The notes under the pieces: generated by a model
Databases searched by the model: none
Told to the model about the DNA's origin: nothing
The model's input: the letters and a program-made list of their open reading frames with translations, nothing else
Shown here: positions 23,148 to 36,936 of the stretch, in pieces
Numbering within the stretch: position 1 is the stretch's first letter
Layout: every line of letters starts with the position of its first letter
Translations under genes and position numbers: made by a program
Origin: Octopus vulgaris
Lineage: Eukaryota
Reading direction: 5' to 3'
Assembly: GCA_951406725.2 (NCBI GenBank)
Contig: OX597822.1
Coordinates: forward strand, 100,130,001-100,194,000
Length of the DNA: 64,000 nt

Positions 23148-24811
23148 TTAATGCCACAAATTCACTAGTATTTTGCTGGATATGGAGGGATTAAAAAGAA
23201 ATAATGATCTTAATCAAAATTCAACTCTAAATAATAATAATAAGAATCATTTTAACATCCACTTTTCCATGCTTGCATTGGTTAGAGAGAATTTGCAGGG
23301 GATTTTTCTATGGCCATTTTACCTTTTCTTGTCACCCACCAATTTCCTGTTTTCAAACAAGGTAATATTTCTCCATGGCCAGACATGTTTCTTCAGGATA
23401 TTGGAAATAAATGACACTGCCCATATGACAGTTACACTGACAGCCATCCTGCAATGTCAAGACAAGGAGATACAAACACCCTCCCCCACACACACAAGCA
23501 TGATGTGTTTCTTTCAGTTTCCATCAACCAAATCTGCTCCCAAAGCTTTGGGTTTTCAAAATAGAAAAGTGAGTCAGTCAACTCCAAGGAGTAGAAACCT
23601 GTGTAGTATTATTTAAAAAAAAAAAACTGAGGAAATAAACATAGTGAGTAACTCCATGTTAATTGGTCAAGTGGTTTTTGCTTTTTTTTGTTTCATTATT
23701 TTTGGACGAGGTCTACAATGTGTGTGTATGTAACAGTGGTATTCTATTGTGGGTTTCAACTGAATACAAATAATACAGGACGAAGTTGTATTTCTTGCTT
23801 TTTCTACTGTTACTACATTTATTTATCCATCCACCAGTAATTCTTTTAAAATATACTCTGAAGCTGCTACTTTTACCACCAAACTACATTCTTTTTTCCA
23901 TTTTTTCCTTGTTCTTTCCCAGTCCATTACTAAGAACCATTATCATCTTTATACACCTTACTATTAACCATATACTCCTTGTTTAATAACTAACCAAGAA
24001 CTAAAATTATCTTTAACCATCTTCTGTCAACATTTGCAAATGCTAACCAGATGAGTGTATAAACAACTGAATACTGCTGTATGAAATAAGAAATATATTC
24101 TTCCTGTACTAAGATGAAAGTAACAGATCAAAGACATTGCGTGTCGTGTATTGAAAATGTGAAATATTTGCTGGTAAACATACAAACCTTTAGCTGACTC
24201 AATCCAGCTTACAATTTTGCTAAAAAAGAAGTAATGAGTATTAATAGAGTAGATTCTTCATCTGTGAACTTGTTTCTTCTGTCATAATGTTTCATAATTA
24301 AGACTTATACTCTTCCACTGTTTGTCAGCCACCCTAATTAGTGATTTGACCAACACTTACTCATGTACTTTGTACCGTTTGTTTAAAAAAAAATTAAAAA
24401 CTTTTTATAAACAGGAACTGGATTATATTTCATTTAATGGTTCATGTTGTTCATTAAAGATAATTTACAGATTTTAATTCAGTTTTTGGATAAACTCAAT
24501 TTATTAAAATGGAACACTTTTTACTCAATATAAAATGTCATACTTTCAAGATCTTTTGTATTTAAAAAAAGAAATCTTTGAATTCGCCAAATTATAAGTC
24601 TGTTACATTTCCAACCTGTTTTATTTCACTCAAAATTAATAGAAGTTTATCTGGTCTATTACCATGATGATAGAATTTTGTCTGTCTTTTGGAGGTTACA
24701 TATCAAAACATAAATAAATTTTAGTGATAACTGTATAGTCAACGCATAAGGCTCTATCCAAACTTTAAACTGGTATGATTATCTTCTTGAAGGAAATCTG
24801 AATATCTTTAA

Positions 24812-25035
24812 TCCTTTAGCATTCTTTACTTTGTCAAATTTTATACTTATATATTCACATTTCATAAAATTAATCCTGTATTATCTCGTAGCTTTGAGAT
24901 TTCAAAGATGTGATTATTTATTTTTAGTATGATATTGCTGGGTAGATGTTAGAGAGAGGGGCTGGATCTCACCAGTTTTAATGTAAAACAGGTAGAATAT
25001 TTGGGCCAGATATGGCTGGTTTAAATGCTAAAGGG
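24812..25035. mobile_element. piggyBac-like MITE, same family as 7273 and 22929
   Basis: TTAA flanks and shared internal sequence (GTAGAATATTTGGGCC.GATAT.GCTGGTTTAAATGCTAAAGGG). Confidence 0.75.
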
Positions 25036-25339
25036 TTAAAACAGCCTTACAAGACTATTTATCAATTGAAATTCTTGCCCCAAAATATGTATGCATGTGC
25101 TTTGGAAAAGCCTTTGCCTCAGGCTAATAAATAGGGAAAATGTGTAAAAGTATGACTTCCAAACACTGAAAATTTCCATCAAAAAATGAAAGAGAAGTTA
25201 ATATATTGATCAGTTTTACATATATGTGTGTGTGTGCATCTGTTAACATTTTTATAAAATTTATTTAGTTGGTTTATGAATAGGAGCATTCTTTCTTTTC
25301 AAATTGCGAAGGAAAAATGTTTAATAAATGTTTTTCACT

Positions 25340-26575
25340 TTATTGAGAGACTATGCAAGTGACTAACATGTGCCCTACTTTGCAAGATATTTCAGTCAAC
25401 TCAGCAACTAAACCCGATGGACTAGCTACCTTCTCTGCCTTTACATCTTTCATTGTGCTTGTGACTATATTACTATCAACGGCAATGTCTGGTCCCTGTG
25501 TTGGGTCTATTTGGAGTAGATCCTCTTTCTCTCTTTCATACATTCTTTCATACAGCCTCTTCTAATAGTACTTTCAAGCCTCTTGGTTTTTTAGAATCAG
25601 TTAAAACATGTGTGCCGTTAACATTCTTCACTGTCTTCTCCCAAATAATATCTTGATTTTCTTTTCTCAAATACATTTGCTTTGCAATTCAGAATATCTG
25701 ACATCTCTGATCCTTAGATTGCAAAACATAAGCAAACTTCTTACTTTCAAATTCTTTTTTAGCTACTTCATATTGTTCTTTGCTGCTCCGTTTCTTCCAG
25801 TCTTTCCTATGCTGTCTTCTGGTTTTTATGGCTCTCTCTACCGTATTATTCCACCACCACAAAATTTTCCATTTGGCTGAGACCTTACTCCAACCATAGA
25901 TCTGCCCTGTGACACTCAGTAGTTTGTCTTGTAGGAACTCCTTGTTATCTTTGTCATCCACTCCTCTCTTGCGGTATGCATCAACCAGTACTTATCTCAA
26001 TCTGCAGCTGGTTGGTGACTCAACGGCCGTACCTTCCTACTCAATATTATTTTGTCTTTCAAGGTTCACCTGTCTCTTAGTCTAAAGTCACTAATCACTT
26101 GTCTGTATTGAGTGGTACATTCTTCACCAAAGAAAGTGTTAACATTCATTACTACGTCTGTCTCATGTCCCATCTGGCTTGTGTTTGCTTGATTATAGGT
26201 GACGAGGTGGCTGGCCAGTTTCCTGAAGTTAGTGTTGCAAATCCTTATATTGTGTCAGAGGACTCCAAGAACTGTAAATTCTGCTCATTTCTTGTACCAT
26301 AAACTATAGCCTCTGTTATATGCAGGAGAAGTCCATCATGTCCATCAAAATCACCAGTCACAATCAGGTCATTGTCATTCATCACAGAGATAGTCCTTCT
26401 GTTCATATACTGGTCCTGACTTTAGTACATATGCAGAGATATGTTGTGATACCTACTACTTTAATTAAGCTTAATTATTCTATCACAATCTCAGATTATT
26501 TCGGTTACTTTACCTATTTCTCTGCTAAAAAAGAAAAGGTATGCCTACTTCTCCCACCCTATTATTGTTACCTAG
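25340..26575 (-). mobile_element. Old, degenerate RTE LINE fragment (endonuclease end + linker)
   Basis: WWWNNTVERAIK and DPTQGPDIAVDS...SPSGLVAEL are homologous to the 15.5-16 kb LINE. APE-like GDFDGH and YGTRN remnants near 26290-26360. Confidence 0.75.
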
Positions 26576-26812
26576 AAGAGTATTTAATGTAGTTGTTGGT
26601 TATGGTCAGTCAGGAAGTTACCATTGGTGTGACACCTGTTACATTGCTCCTAGCAATATTGGCAACCCCTCAGATCTGCTGGCTGGAGGCACATAATCTC
26701 CTTACTAAAGGAGGTAGGACTGAGGAGTGTTATTGCTAAGAGCATAATAGGTGTGAAACCAATGGTAACTTCCTGACCAGCCATAACTGATGACTACATT
26801 AAATATTTCTGC
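26575..26812. repeat. Inverted repeat / MITE, about 85-bp arms
   Basis: TATTTAATGTAGT..GTTATGG..GTCAGGAAGTTACCATTGGT mirrored by ACCAATGGTAACTTCCTGAC..CCATAAC..ACTACATTAAATA. Confidence 0.75.
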
Positions 26813-28270
26813 TCAAAAGATTTTAGTGTGCTTTTTTCAGACTTGTGAACAACTGACCAGTTAATGGGTGGGACGGTTTCACAAGAGTCGGCCAGGCAGG
26901 CAGAAACCTACATCGGACTTCTGTGACTGTTTTGGCAGGATTTTTTACAGCCGAATGCCCTTCCTAACACCAACCATTCAGCAGAGTGGACTGTGCTTTT
27001 TACGTTGCACAAGTACAGGTGAGGTCAGTCGTGCTTTTTTTATGTGGCACAAGCACAGACGGGGTCAGTTTTGGCAAGGTTTGCCCTTCCGAACACCAAC
27101 CACTTTACATTATGGAGTGAATGTTTTTAAGTGACACCTGTTGGATGATGAAAGGTTATAGGGAGACAGATACAAGTGTCTTGCTGTAGAGGAAGTACAA
27201 GGTTACCCAGCTGGAGAGAGAAAGTGAGAGAGAGAGAGAGATTAGGAATGAAGACAGAAGCAGGTGTGCTACCGCAAAGGAAAGACACGGTTACCCAAAC
27301 AGAGAGAAGTGCAGGAGGAGAGAGAGTGGGAGACAGCAGGATAGAGATGGTGGCAAAATGCCGGGCAGGGATCCCTATATTTAGAGAGTGATGAGAACAT
27401 GAGTCCTATATCTCCATGGAAAACCAGCAATTCCACATGCATGTGAGTCTCCTTTCTCCATACTTGATGTTGGCAAAGGCAAGGGCTGATACAATGTGGC
27501 ATCAGTATCATTACGGTCAAGGTTATTAGAAGACAAAATGATAGAACTTACTGCAAGGCATCTTGTTTGACATTCTAATAATTCTGCCAGTTCACTGTCC
27601 TTGACTGGAACTTTGTCAACCCTCCAAAAAGTGAAAGGTAAAATAGACCTTGACAAGATTTGAACTCAAAGGACCAATATAAATACCACAAAGTGTTCTG
27701 TCTGTTGCTCTGAATTGGCCAGTTTGCCATATACACTCATACACAATCTACAATATTATTTTAATGTCCACTTTTCCATAATTGTATGGGTAAGAGAAAA
27801 CTTATGAGGGCAAGGTTACCCCTCCAGTCACTAGCTCTTAACTGTATCCAAGAGAGGATATATCTCTTTGAACATGAACAGCTCAATGGCTGAACATGTT
27901 TCCATAGAAGATTATGAATGAATGACACAGCTTATATGATGAGGATTTACAGTTTGTGCATGATGTACAGACAAGGCAATTCACACTCACAAACACATTT
28001 ACATGTGTAATGGGCTTTGAGTTACCAGATCCTCTTACAAGTTTTTGGTGGATCCAGGTAAGAGACACTTGCTCAAAGTGTCATGCAGTGGGACTGAACC
28101 TGAAACCACATGGTCACAAAGTGAACTTCTTAACTACAGAGCTATCATAAAATATAACTGTGATAACTCAATGAAAGATTAAATGAAATGTATATATTTG
28201 CTCAGAAATGTGATAGTAACTAAGACAAAACCATCTCAAAGAAAACCTTGTTGGACAAAGATATTGAGAA

Positions 28271-28665
28271 ATCATCATCATCATCATTTAATGTCCGTTT
28301 TCCATGCTAACATGGGTTGGACGGTTCGACCGGGGTCTGGAAGCCATGGAGGCTGCACCAGGCTCTAGTCTGATTTGGCAGTGTTTCTACAGCTGGATGC
28401 CCTTCCTAACGCCAACCACTCCGTGAGTGTAGTGGGTGCTTTTTACGTGCCACCGGCACAGGGCCCAGAGTAGGCTTGCAAACGGCCATGATCGGTTGGT
28501 GCTTTTACGTGTCACCGACACGGGCGCCAGTCAGGCGGCGCTAGTATCTGCCACGTTCGGACGCTGCTTTTTACATGTCACCGGCACGGGTGTCTTAACT
28601 ACAATTTCCATTTTAATTTTTCTTTGATGTTGACGTACTTGACTCAACAGGTCTCCTCAAGAGCA
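28271..28665 (-). mobile_element. RTE 3'-UTR copy
   Basis: (CAT)n + TTTCCATGCTAACATGGGTTGGACGGTTCGACCGGGG... Confidence 0.8.
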
Positions 28666-29090
28666 GCGGGAGCTAATAAAAAATGAAATGGAAAAATCTA
28701 TGAATTAAACATTCCTTTTGCTAGACACATATAATATTGAAAGGATTTCTCTGTGTATCTCTATTATAAAATACTGTGATATGAAAGACACATACAGAAT
28801 ATATCGTTGGTGACCCACCCAGCATTTGCAATTTATGTCAACATTTTCTTTCCTTGTTTTGGTGTTCAAGTTTTACTAACTTCCTGTTTCTTCCTCAATG
28901 ACCATTTCCTTTCCTCTTTTTAATCCACCCCTAAACCAATCGTTTTCTGTTCATAACTAAACTATGAATATCTTGAATTTTCTACTAGTTTTTCTTTATA
29001 AATTTCTATGTCTCATTCTCAGTTGATAATTTTGATTTAATGCAGTTCTCCATTTGACCCTTGATTCTCCTGTTTGCTTTTTACATTTAG

Positions 29091-29324
29091 CCGTCACATC
29101 ACATCCAATATAACTGGCTACTCTGCACTCTTGGAGGACTTATCAGTGTGGGGTTGTAAGGTTACAAAGGGTAGAAAATGCTTCATTACTAGGAGCAAGA
29201 GTAACCTCTCTGATAAATCTCGGGCCAAGGACTCTTCTTGTAATGACATGCTTTCCTCCTCAGATGAAGAACTTTTCACAAAGAAAAATGAAAAATATTC
29301 CAATATTCCTTTCTATAATATTTT
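29091..29324 (+). CDS. UVRAG: Candidate extra cassette exon of UVRAG (234 nt, 78 codons, phase 2-2)
   Basis: Long pyrimidine tract + ttTAG acceptor, TT|GTAAGT donor. Stop-free in the UVRAG frame. No counterpart in human UVRAG as I recall it. Confidence 0.55.
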
Positions 29325-30266
29325 GTAAGTGTATTAAGACTTTTATGAATAACAAGGTTTGTTTTCTTTATTTAGAAATAGAGATGTTTCTCTGTTTAAA
29401 ACCAAATATATTTTGTATTTAGTGTTTGGGTCTTTCATGCTTAATTCTAATAGGATATTCTTCAACATGTACTTAAAATTTTAAAAGGTTAGATTTAAGA
29501 TCATACTGTAATAATTTTTAAAATCTGTATCACTGCTAGCATAAAAAAAAAAGCTTCATATATATTTAAAATCAAAAACTTATGCTTACAAATTGTTTTA
29601 GAAATTCACTTTTAAACAATGTATAGAAGAATTAGGAATATTTTTTATAAAAAAAACCCAGATATTTTCAAGAACTTTGTTAAATTTTATTGGTTTCTAG
29701 GAACAGTAAAATAATTTAGTAAAAATTCTGGATTCAGGGCACTGTCCTTTCCATTCTCGAATTTCATTTTTGTTATTTTTATTGATTCTTTAATATCAAG
29801 TTATCTTTTCTCTATGAACTTTTGTCAGCAATTCAGTTAATTTCTTTTGTTGTCATTATGACCCTTGCATAGAGAATTTGCCGCTTGTTATACTGATAAC
29901 TGAATCTAACAAAAGCTGCAGTTTCTATCAAGATATTCTTTGAAATGTAGCACCCAGAGGTTTGTTGTATTGTTAACTAGCCCCATGTCAGACCTAATCA
30001 AGCAGAGCTGTGACCCATGTTGCCATGATTATTCATACTATTAATGATACTCTGTTCCAATCAAGAACCTTGACCATTGACATCACAGCCCGTTTCTTCC
30101 AGCTCATCTCTTCCCCACAGTTAATCCTCAAATATGTAATATCAATTGGATGAATAACCTTTTCTACATTTCATGGTTCGATATTCATGTCCTTTCTTTC
30201 TCTTATGATCATCATTATTGTTTAATGTCTGTCTTCCATGCATGCATGGGTAGGATGATATAAATA

Positions 30267-30465
30267 CTCTCTCTTTTACTTTACTCGTTTCAGTCATTTG
30301 ACTGCGGCCATGCTGGAGCACCGCCTTTAGTCGAGCAAATCGACCCCGGGACTTATTCTTTGTAAGCTCAGTACTTATTCTACCGGTCTCTTTTTGCCAA
30401 ACCGCTAAGTGACGGGGACGTAAACACACCAGCATTGGTTGTCAAGCAATACTAGGGGGACAAAT

Positions 30466-30528
<63 letters not shown>

Positions 30529-30693
30529 TACGACAGGCTTATTTCAGTTTCCGTCTACCAAATCCACTCACAAGGCATTGGTTGGCCTGGGGTTATAGCA
30601 GAAGACACTTGCCCAAGATGCCACGCAGTGGGACTGAACCCGGAACCATGTGGTTGGTTAGCAAGCTACTTACCACACAGCCACTCCTGCGCC
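30267..30693 (-). mobile_element. tRNA-derived SINE family A with internal (TA/CA)n
   Basis: Head GGCGCAGGAGTGGCTGTGTGGTAAG, B-box GGTTCAGTCCC, tail CCAGCATGGCCGCAGTCAAATGACTGAAAC(GAGTAAAA)n. Confidence 0.85.
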
Positions 30694-31614
30694 TAAATAT
30701 AATTTTTTTAAATATTTTAAAGTTCTGCCTCCACTTGAGATATTTTTGGCTTTGGTTATTCCTAAGCTGATGGAATAATCACTAGTTATGCAATATAGTC
30801 ACATGCTTATCTCTAACAAATCTGTAGCTTCTAGCTTCATGATATTAATGTAAGAAGTCAAATCACCTCGAAATCTCAGAGGTACTGGTTATTTTTATAG
30901 ATGTGGCACACCTTTGTGGCTAAGAAGCTCACTTTCCAACCACATGGTTTGGGGTTCAGTACACTGCACAGTACCTTGGTCAAGTATCTCTTATAGCCTG
31001 GGTCATCTAATGCCCTGTGAGTGATTTGTGAGGCAGAAATAGTATGGAAGTCCATTGTGTACATGTATGTGTATGTCTTTGTTTCCCCACTACCTTATTT
31101 GTTTGCATCCCCTTATTACCTAGCAGTTCAGTAAAAGAAACCAATAAAGTAAGTACTAAACTCAAGAGGTTAGTACAGGGGTATATTTAGTTGACAAAAC
31201 CCTGCAAGGTGGTATGCAAGCATGACCACAGTCCGATGGCTGAAACCAGTAAAAGATAAAGGATAATGACATATTTACTGTAAAAATCAAGGAAATAATG
31301 GAATACAATTTTCCTTCACTTTCTGAATCACTAAATGGAAAATGGGGAAAATAAAATGAAAATACTGAAATGGAAAGAAAAATGGGGTGCAAGTGTAGGA
31401 AAATGAAGAAGTAAAAAAAGACACTCCAACCATGACTATCCTTTTTTTTTTCATAGCTAGGATTACCTTATCCAATATACCCTGCTTTTTTTTTTTTTTA
31501 TCAAGATGGGTAGTAGGGTGTGAGTTTGAGGCATATTTCGGCTTTTCTTTCTAGCAGGTCAAGCAACTACTGTAAACTTTTGAAAATTATTGCTTTCTGT
31601 TGAAATACCTTATA

Positions 31615-31915
31615 TAATGAAATTTTTGTATACAGTGCTCAGGTGCACCACAACTTGTCAGAAAGTGCATATAAAGTACATGCAGTAATGTACAAATGTC
31701 TGGAAAGCGAACAATGTATGAGTCAGATACATGCTTGTGTGTGTATGGAGGGGAGAAAATCAGGTGTAGTGTTGGCGAATCTTAGAAAGCACGAAAGTTT
31801 TGAAGGATGCAGTGCTCCGACAACTAACAACTGATGCCGGCAGTTTGTTCCACGCTTCAGCAACTCTCGGCGTGAAAAAATGTTTCCTGAAGTCATGGGA
31901 GCTGTGCTGTTACAT
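31615..31915 (-). mobile_element. CR1/L2-type LINE 3' fragment
   Basis: Near-identical to part of 49275-49740 (FRKHFF..RVAEAWNKL). Confidence 0.75.
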
Positions 31916-32382
31916 TCCATTTGTTTCAATTAATTTTTTAAAACAGCACAGAACTTAGTAAAATAACTTTGTTGTTATTAAGTGGTGTTTGGAATTTAAA
32001 TTAACATAAAATTTTCATGGAAACTTTTGATTTAGATCACTTTAAAAAAAATAAAGATAATCTTTATCATACAATCAAGAGCACTCTCAGGTAGGATGGT
32101 ATCGAAAGTGTTAAAGTTAGCAAATAAGAATTCGTAAAAGAGCAGTGATAGGATTGCATCCTAATTAAATGACTTGCTGTTATTAAAAAGTTGGCTTCTT
32201 TTTTGTTTTTAATGTAAATTACACCATTGGTGTCCATTTTCCAGACAGTATTTAGACAGATGTATGAAATTGCAATTTTAGAGCTTTTTGTGTTTCTTGG
32301 TGGTTTTGTATTTTTTTAATTAGCCATATGAACAGATTCCTTATTTCATATCTTCTTTTAGCTTGCACATCATATATTGGCT

Positions 32383-32770
32383 AGTGGAGGCGCAATGGCC
32401 CAGTGGTTAGGGCAGCGGACTCGCGGTCATAGGATCGCGGTTTCGATTCCCAGACCGGGCGTTGTGAGTGTTTATTGAGCGAAAACACCTAAAAGCTCCA
32501 CGAGGCTCTGGCAGGGGATGGTGGTGATCCCTGCTGTACTCTTTCACCACAACTTTCTCTCACTCTTACTTCCTGTTTCTGTTGTACCTGTATTTCAAGG
32601 GGCCGGCCTTGTCACTCTCTGTGTCACGCTGAATATCCCCGAGAACTACGTTAAGGGTGCACGTGTCTGTGGAGTGCTCAGCCACTTATACGTTAATTTC
32701 ATGAGCAGGCTGTTCCGTTGATTCAGATCAACCGGAACCCTCATCATCGTAACCGACGGAGTGCTTCCTC
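32383..32770 (+). mobile_element. tRNA-derived SINE family C, young copy
   Basis: tRNA-like head GGAGGCGCAATGGCCCAGTGGTTAGGGCAGCGGACTCGCGG...GGTTTCGATTCC. Perfect 12-bp TSD CATATATTGGCT at 32371-32382 and 32771-32782. Confidence 0.88.
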
Positions 32771-33325
32771 CATATATTGGCTGTCATCTATAGAATGCGG
32801 GCATGTAACGCATATCCTTTTAGTTGGCATCATAGTCTTATTCCTTAAATGTTTCATTTAATTAAGATGAAGTGGATACCAACATAAAACATGGCAACAT
32901 CAAGGAAGAACCAAATCTTTAAACAAATGCTCATTTATATATTCATTAAGATGGTGATGATGATTGAGCATTAAGGCTTATTGTCTTGTGTAATATTTTT
33001 GCTTTTAATTTATAATGCTGTATATGATTTACCTACATAGTTTATGTGTTACTGACACAGCTATTTTTCTTATGGTATTTTTTTTTCCATAATAATTCTG
33101 AAGGTTCTATAAATTTTGCTTGCAAACTTCTCATTTTCAACAGAAGTTCAGTTGCTATTTCAGTGGTGAATTCACTTTTTGTCTCCTTGAAACTTCTTTG
33201 AAAATCATCTTCATGGTTCTTTTGGTCAGTAATTTTTTTTATAAAAAGATATTTTGTTAGAAGAACATTATTTCCTACAGATTGATATCTCTATCGATAA
33301 AGACTTTCCTACAGCAGTAGATTGG

Positions 33326-33554
33326 AAGGCGGCAAGCTGGCAGAAACGTTAGCGTGCCGGGCGAAATGCTTAGCAGTATTTCGTTTGGCTTTACGTTCTG
33401 AGTTCAAATTCCGCCGAGGTCGACTTTGCCTTTCATCCTTTCGGGGTCAATAAATTAAGTACCAGTTACGTACTGGGGTCAATATAATCGACTTGAACAC
33501 GTCTGTCCTTGTTTGTCCCCTCTATGTTTAGCCCCTTGTGGGCAGTAAATATTT
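33326..33554 (+). mobile_element. SINE family B, young copy
   Basis: Perfect 17-bp TSD CTACAGCAGTAGATTGG at 33309-33325 and 33555-33571. Confidence 0.88.
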
Positions 33555-34208
33555 CTACAGCAGTAGATTGGCAGAAAAGACAAAAAAATAATAAATAATT
33601 TTTTTAAAAAAAAGGCATGTGAAAAATTGCCTTACCGTATTTAGTTATGTCCCTTTGTATTCTGGGTTTAAATCATGCTGAAATTATCTTTACTCTTCAT
33701 TCTTGGGAAGTCTATCGAAAGAAGAACCAGTTGAGAACTGGGATTGGTTTAATCAACTATAATCTCTGTCTCTTGCTCTCTCTTGTAATGTCTGGTATTG
33801 TGCTTCTTTTAAATATCAATATTACTTTCTTGTGGTTGTTTCAACATAGGTTCAGTTGCCATTTCAGTGATAAATTACATTTCATACAGATGCAATAAAA
33901 CTTGATTTTTTTTTATTTTTTCTCTTCTGAACTCAGTGTTCATTAAAAAAAAAAATTTTTTTAATCTTTCTGAAACTTTTTTGAACTTTTCATCTCCAGA
34001 ATTTGTTTAAATCAATTCACAACTAAAAATATTCACAGCAATTTTTTTGCTTGTTTTCTGTTTATATAAAATAGAAGTATTCAAATTAATATTAACTCTT
34101 TGGATGTCAACATGTTTTTTTTTAATTTATAACTAATGTTTTTGTTTACAACACAATATAGAATTAAATGTAACAAATTCTTCAATTCTTCCCTTTTTTT
34201 CACTGTAG

Positions 34209-34299
34209 AGAACACTTAGTTAAAGAAAATGCTCAGTTATGGATACGGCGAAAGCAATTGATAACAGAATTAGCAGAATATATTTATCCAATTACTGAG
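34209..34299 (+). CDS. UVRAG: UVRAG exon H, (R)EHLVKENAQLWIRRKQLITELAEYIYPITE
   Basis: Matches human [28 protein letters not shown]. Canonical AG / GTAAG. Confidence 0.93.
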
Positions 34300-35879
34300 G
34301 TAAGGATTTTGTATGTCATTTAAATTACAGTGAGCTTTGCTGCTGCCACATCTGTTTATGTTTCCCATGCCACTTTCTCTTATTCACCCCCTTTACAGAA
34401 AGTTTATTCTTCTCAACTTTAATGTACAAAATGCAGAACCTGATTCCATTTACCAATTTTATTGAACAAATTTTATGAACTCACATTAACTTACTTGTTT
34501 TTATTCAACAATTTCAGCCTATTTTCAACTAAAACATTTGATTCTGTTTAGATCTTCTGTGATCAATAAGTGCTTATATAGGATTTCTAAAATATTCCTG
34601 TGGTTTCTAATAGAAATGATTTTTGGTCTGAGGAGAGATCGCAGATTCTACGCACAGGACTTGTGAGAAGTTATTCAGCTGATATTTGGTTTGAATCTTT
34701 GTTGATTCTTAGTTGTTGGTTGGAAGATAATGGCAATAGGGGAATAAAATTATGAAAAACATTGAGTATGTGGTTTTGAAAAGGCAACCAACTAATAGTA
34801 GACTAGAGATGGAGTGAATAGGGCTTTCATAGAACAAGCAATTTAAGTAAAGATATTGCAGTAATTGTAAAAGAAGCAAAGAGGACAGATTTAAGATAAA
34901 AGTTAGTTTTTCAGATAACAGATTTTTATATTCCATAGTCATCAACATTAGCACTACTTTGCTCAAACAGTAACAAGTGAAATACACACACACACATTAT
35001 CATATTATATGATATTGGATTCATGGAACTTTTATAAGCTGGTAACCAGGCTCTCATTGAATAATTTCTCAAGGTAATGCATAAGAAAGAATAAGCCTAA
35101 AGAAAGTAAATTTCATAAAACTCAAGAGTACTAATCAGTAATAAAACTCCTAAAGCTCAAGTACCATTTAGTAACTGACCTTTTTCGAAATCCAGGAATG
35201 TAAAAGCTCTGTTTTGTATTCAGTCAAAGCAATGAGCACACAAACAGAAACTTAAGCTTCACATGTACAGGAGTATTTAGCTGTTGGTGCATCCATAAAA
35301 TGAATTCCATGAGCATCTTTGAAAGCTTTGGTAGAGGTTGTAGGTGGTTTTTATTATCTGAGTAATGTAATTAGAACTGGAGGTTTTGTATTAATAGTAT
35401 TGTAGCCAGAGTTAGGAATGGGTGGTAAAAGCTCATGGTGGGGGATATTTTGTGTGTGTGTGAGAGAGAGAGAGAGAGACAGACAGAGACAGACAGACAG
35501 ACTCTTTTGAAGCTTGTGTAAGAAGAATTTTGCTGCAAAATAGATTTAATGTAAAAGACTTGTGACTTGTGTAATGTTATTCAGCTGAATACATGTCATT
35601 GATTGGTTGAAATTACCAAAATACGACAACTTTAACACAAAATAACTACGTAAACAGAAACTTTTCTCAACAATACTAAGAGTAAAAGATGTTTTATATG
35701 ACACATTCTACCAGTGTCTGAAGTTTGAAAGTGTTACAAAAAGTTAATTTCTCAATCTGCCGATGAAAGTGAAGAGATCCAGAAATAAGTTGAGACCGAG
35801 CAGTATAATTTGTACAAAAGGAAGAACCTATGTGAGATGAAGACAGTTGAATAAGCAACTACACTGATGTAACAAATAT

Positions 35880-36166
35880 GTCACTCCTGCTCCAGAGCAT
35901 CGGCTGCGGCGTCATTCCGAAAAGCTCTACCTGCGACGATTTCATCTCAATCAAAGGAGAGGAGCTTTCTCCGTCCGGGTTGCGGATCCGTGGAACAAGC
36001 TGCCAGACGAGATGGTGAAGATGCTGCCGACCACTTTGTTCAAAGCCTCCCTTGACCTCAAGTGGCCTGAACTCTTTACATGAACACCACCCTGTACTTA
36101 ACTCCATGTCCCCCTACATGGCCTTGCTATTTGCTTTTGAGCCAAATTAACTAACTAACTAACTAA
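35880..36166 (+). mobile_element. CR1-type LINE 3' end with (TAAC)n tail
   Basis: + frame encodes RHSEKLYLRRFHLNQRRGAFSVRVADPWNKLPDEMV...FKASLD, a typical CR1 ORF2 C-terminus. Confidence 0.8.
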
Positions 36167-36796
36167 ATAACATGTAATGTAAATAGATGATGAATATTGA
36201 GTAAAAATGTGTCATGCTGAAAGTGGGAGGAGAGGTACCCATGGTAGTGAAAGATAGCAAGATGTTTAACTCTCCAGATGGAATGATTCTGAAATGAGAG
36301 GGAGTTATAACACACATGCTATTCTGAAGTCTCAATTAAACATAGGAAAATGCAATTTACATTAAGAATGATTATGATAACTGTAATTGTATCTTCCACT
36401 TCTATGGTTGGTATTACAATGAGCTTCCAACGGTTCTATCCCAATTTACATTATAAATATATGTACTTACTTGGAAATGGATGCATCGTGTTCAATTAAA
36501 TAATAAATAATATATATATGTGTGTGTATATCTCCACTGTTATTTTTTTGTTCCCAACTTTGACCCTCCATAAATCCTAAATTTATTTTAGAATTTATCG
36601 GAGCGACTATCTTTGAAGACTCATATTGTCATTGAATGCTCAAAATGAGGAATAGATAGACAGCTGACAACTGATGAAGGGTCCTTTCTCTGTGTTTACT
36701 TGTCCTGTTTTCCATTTTTTCCTCATTGTTTACATATTTCATGTTATTTGCACTGTTGGTTACATCCTGTACCCATATATGCATGCATGTATGTAT

Positions 36797-36850
<54 letters not shown>

Positions 36851-36891
36851 ATATTTCGGAATGGTCATATTTGCACAGCAAATATTTAAAC

Positions 36892-36936
<45 letters not shown>

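Noticed and set aside
32383-32460. tRNA-like sequence (also heads at 19755, 40921, 48253)
   Set aside because: These are SINE heads that continue into SINE bodies, some with TSDs. No proper acceptor stem.
36640-36690. CTGATGA motif suggesting a hammerhead ribozyme (also near 47184 and 56606)
   Set aside because: I could not build stems II/III with a correctly placed GAAA and cleavage triplet. At best a decayed Penelope-like relic.
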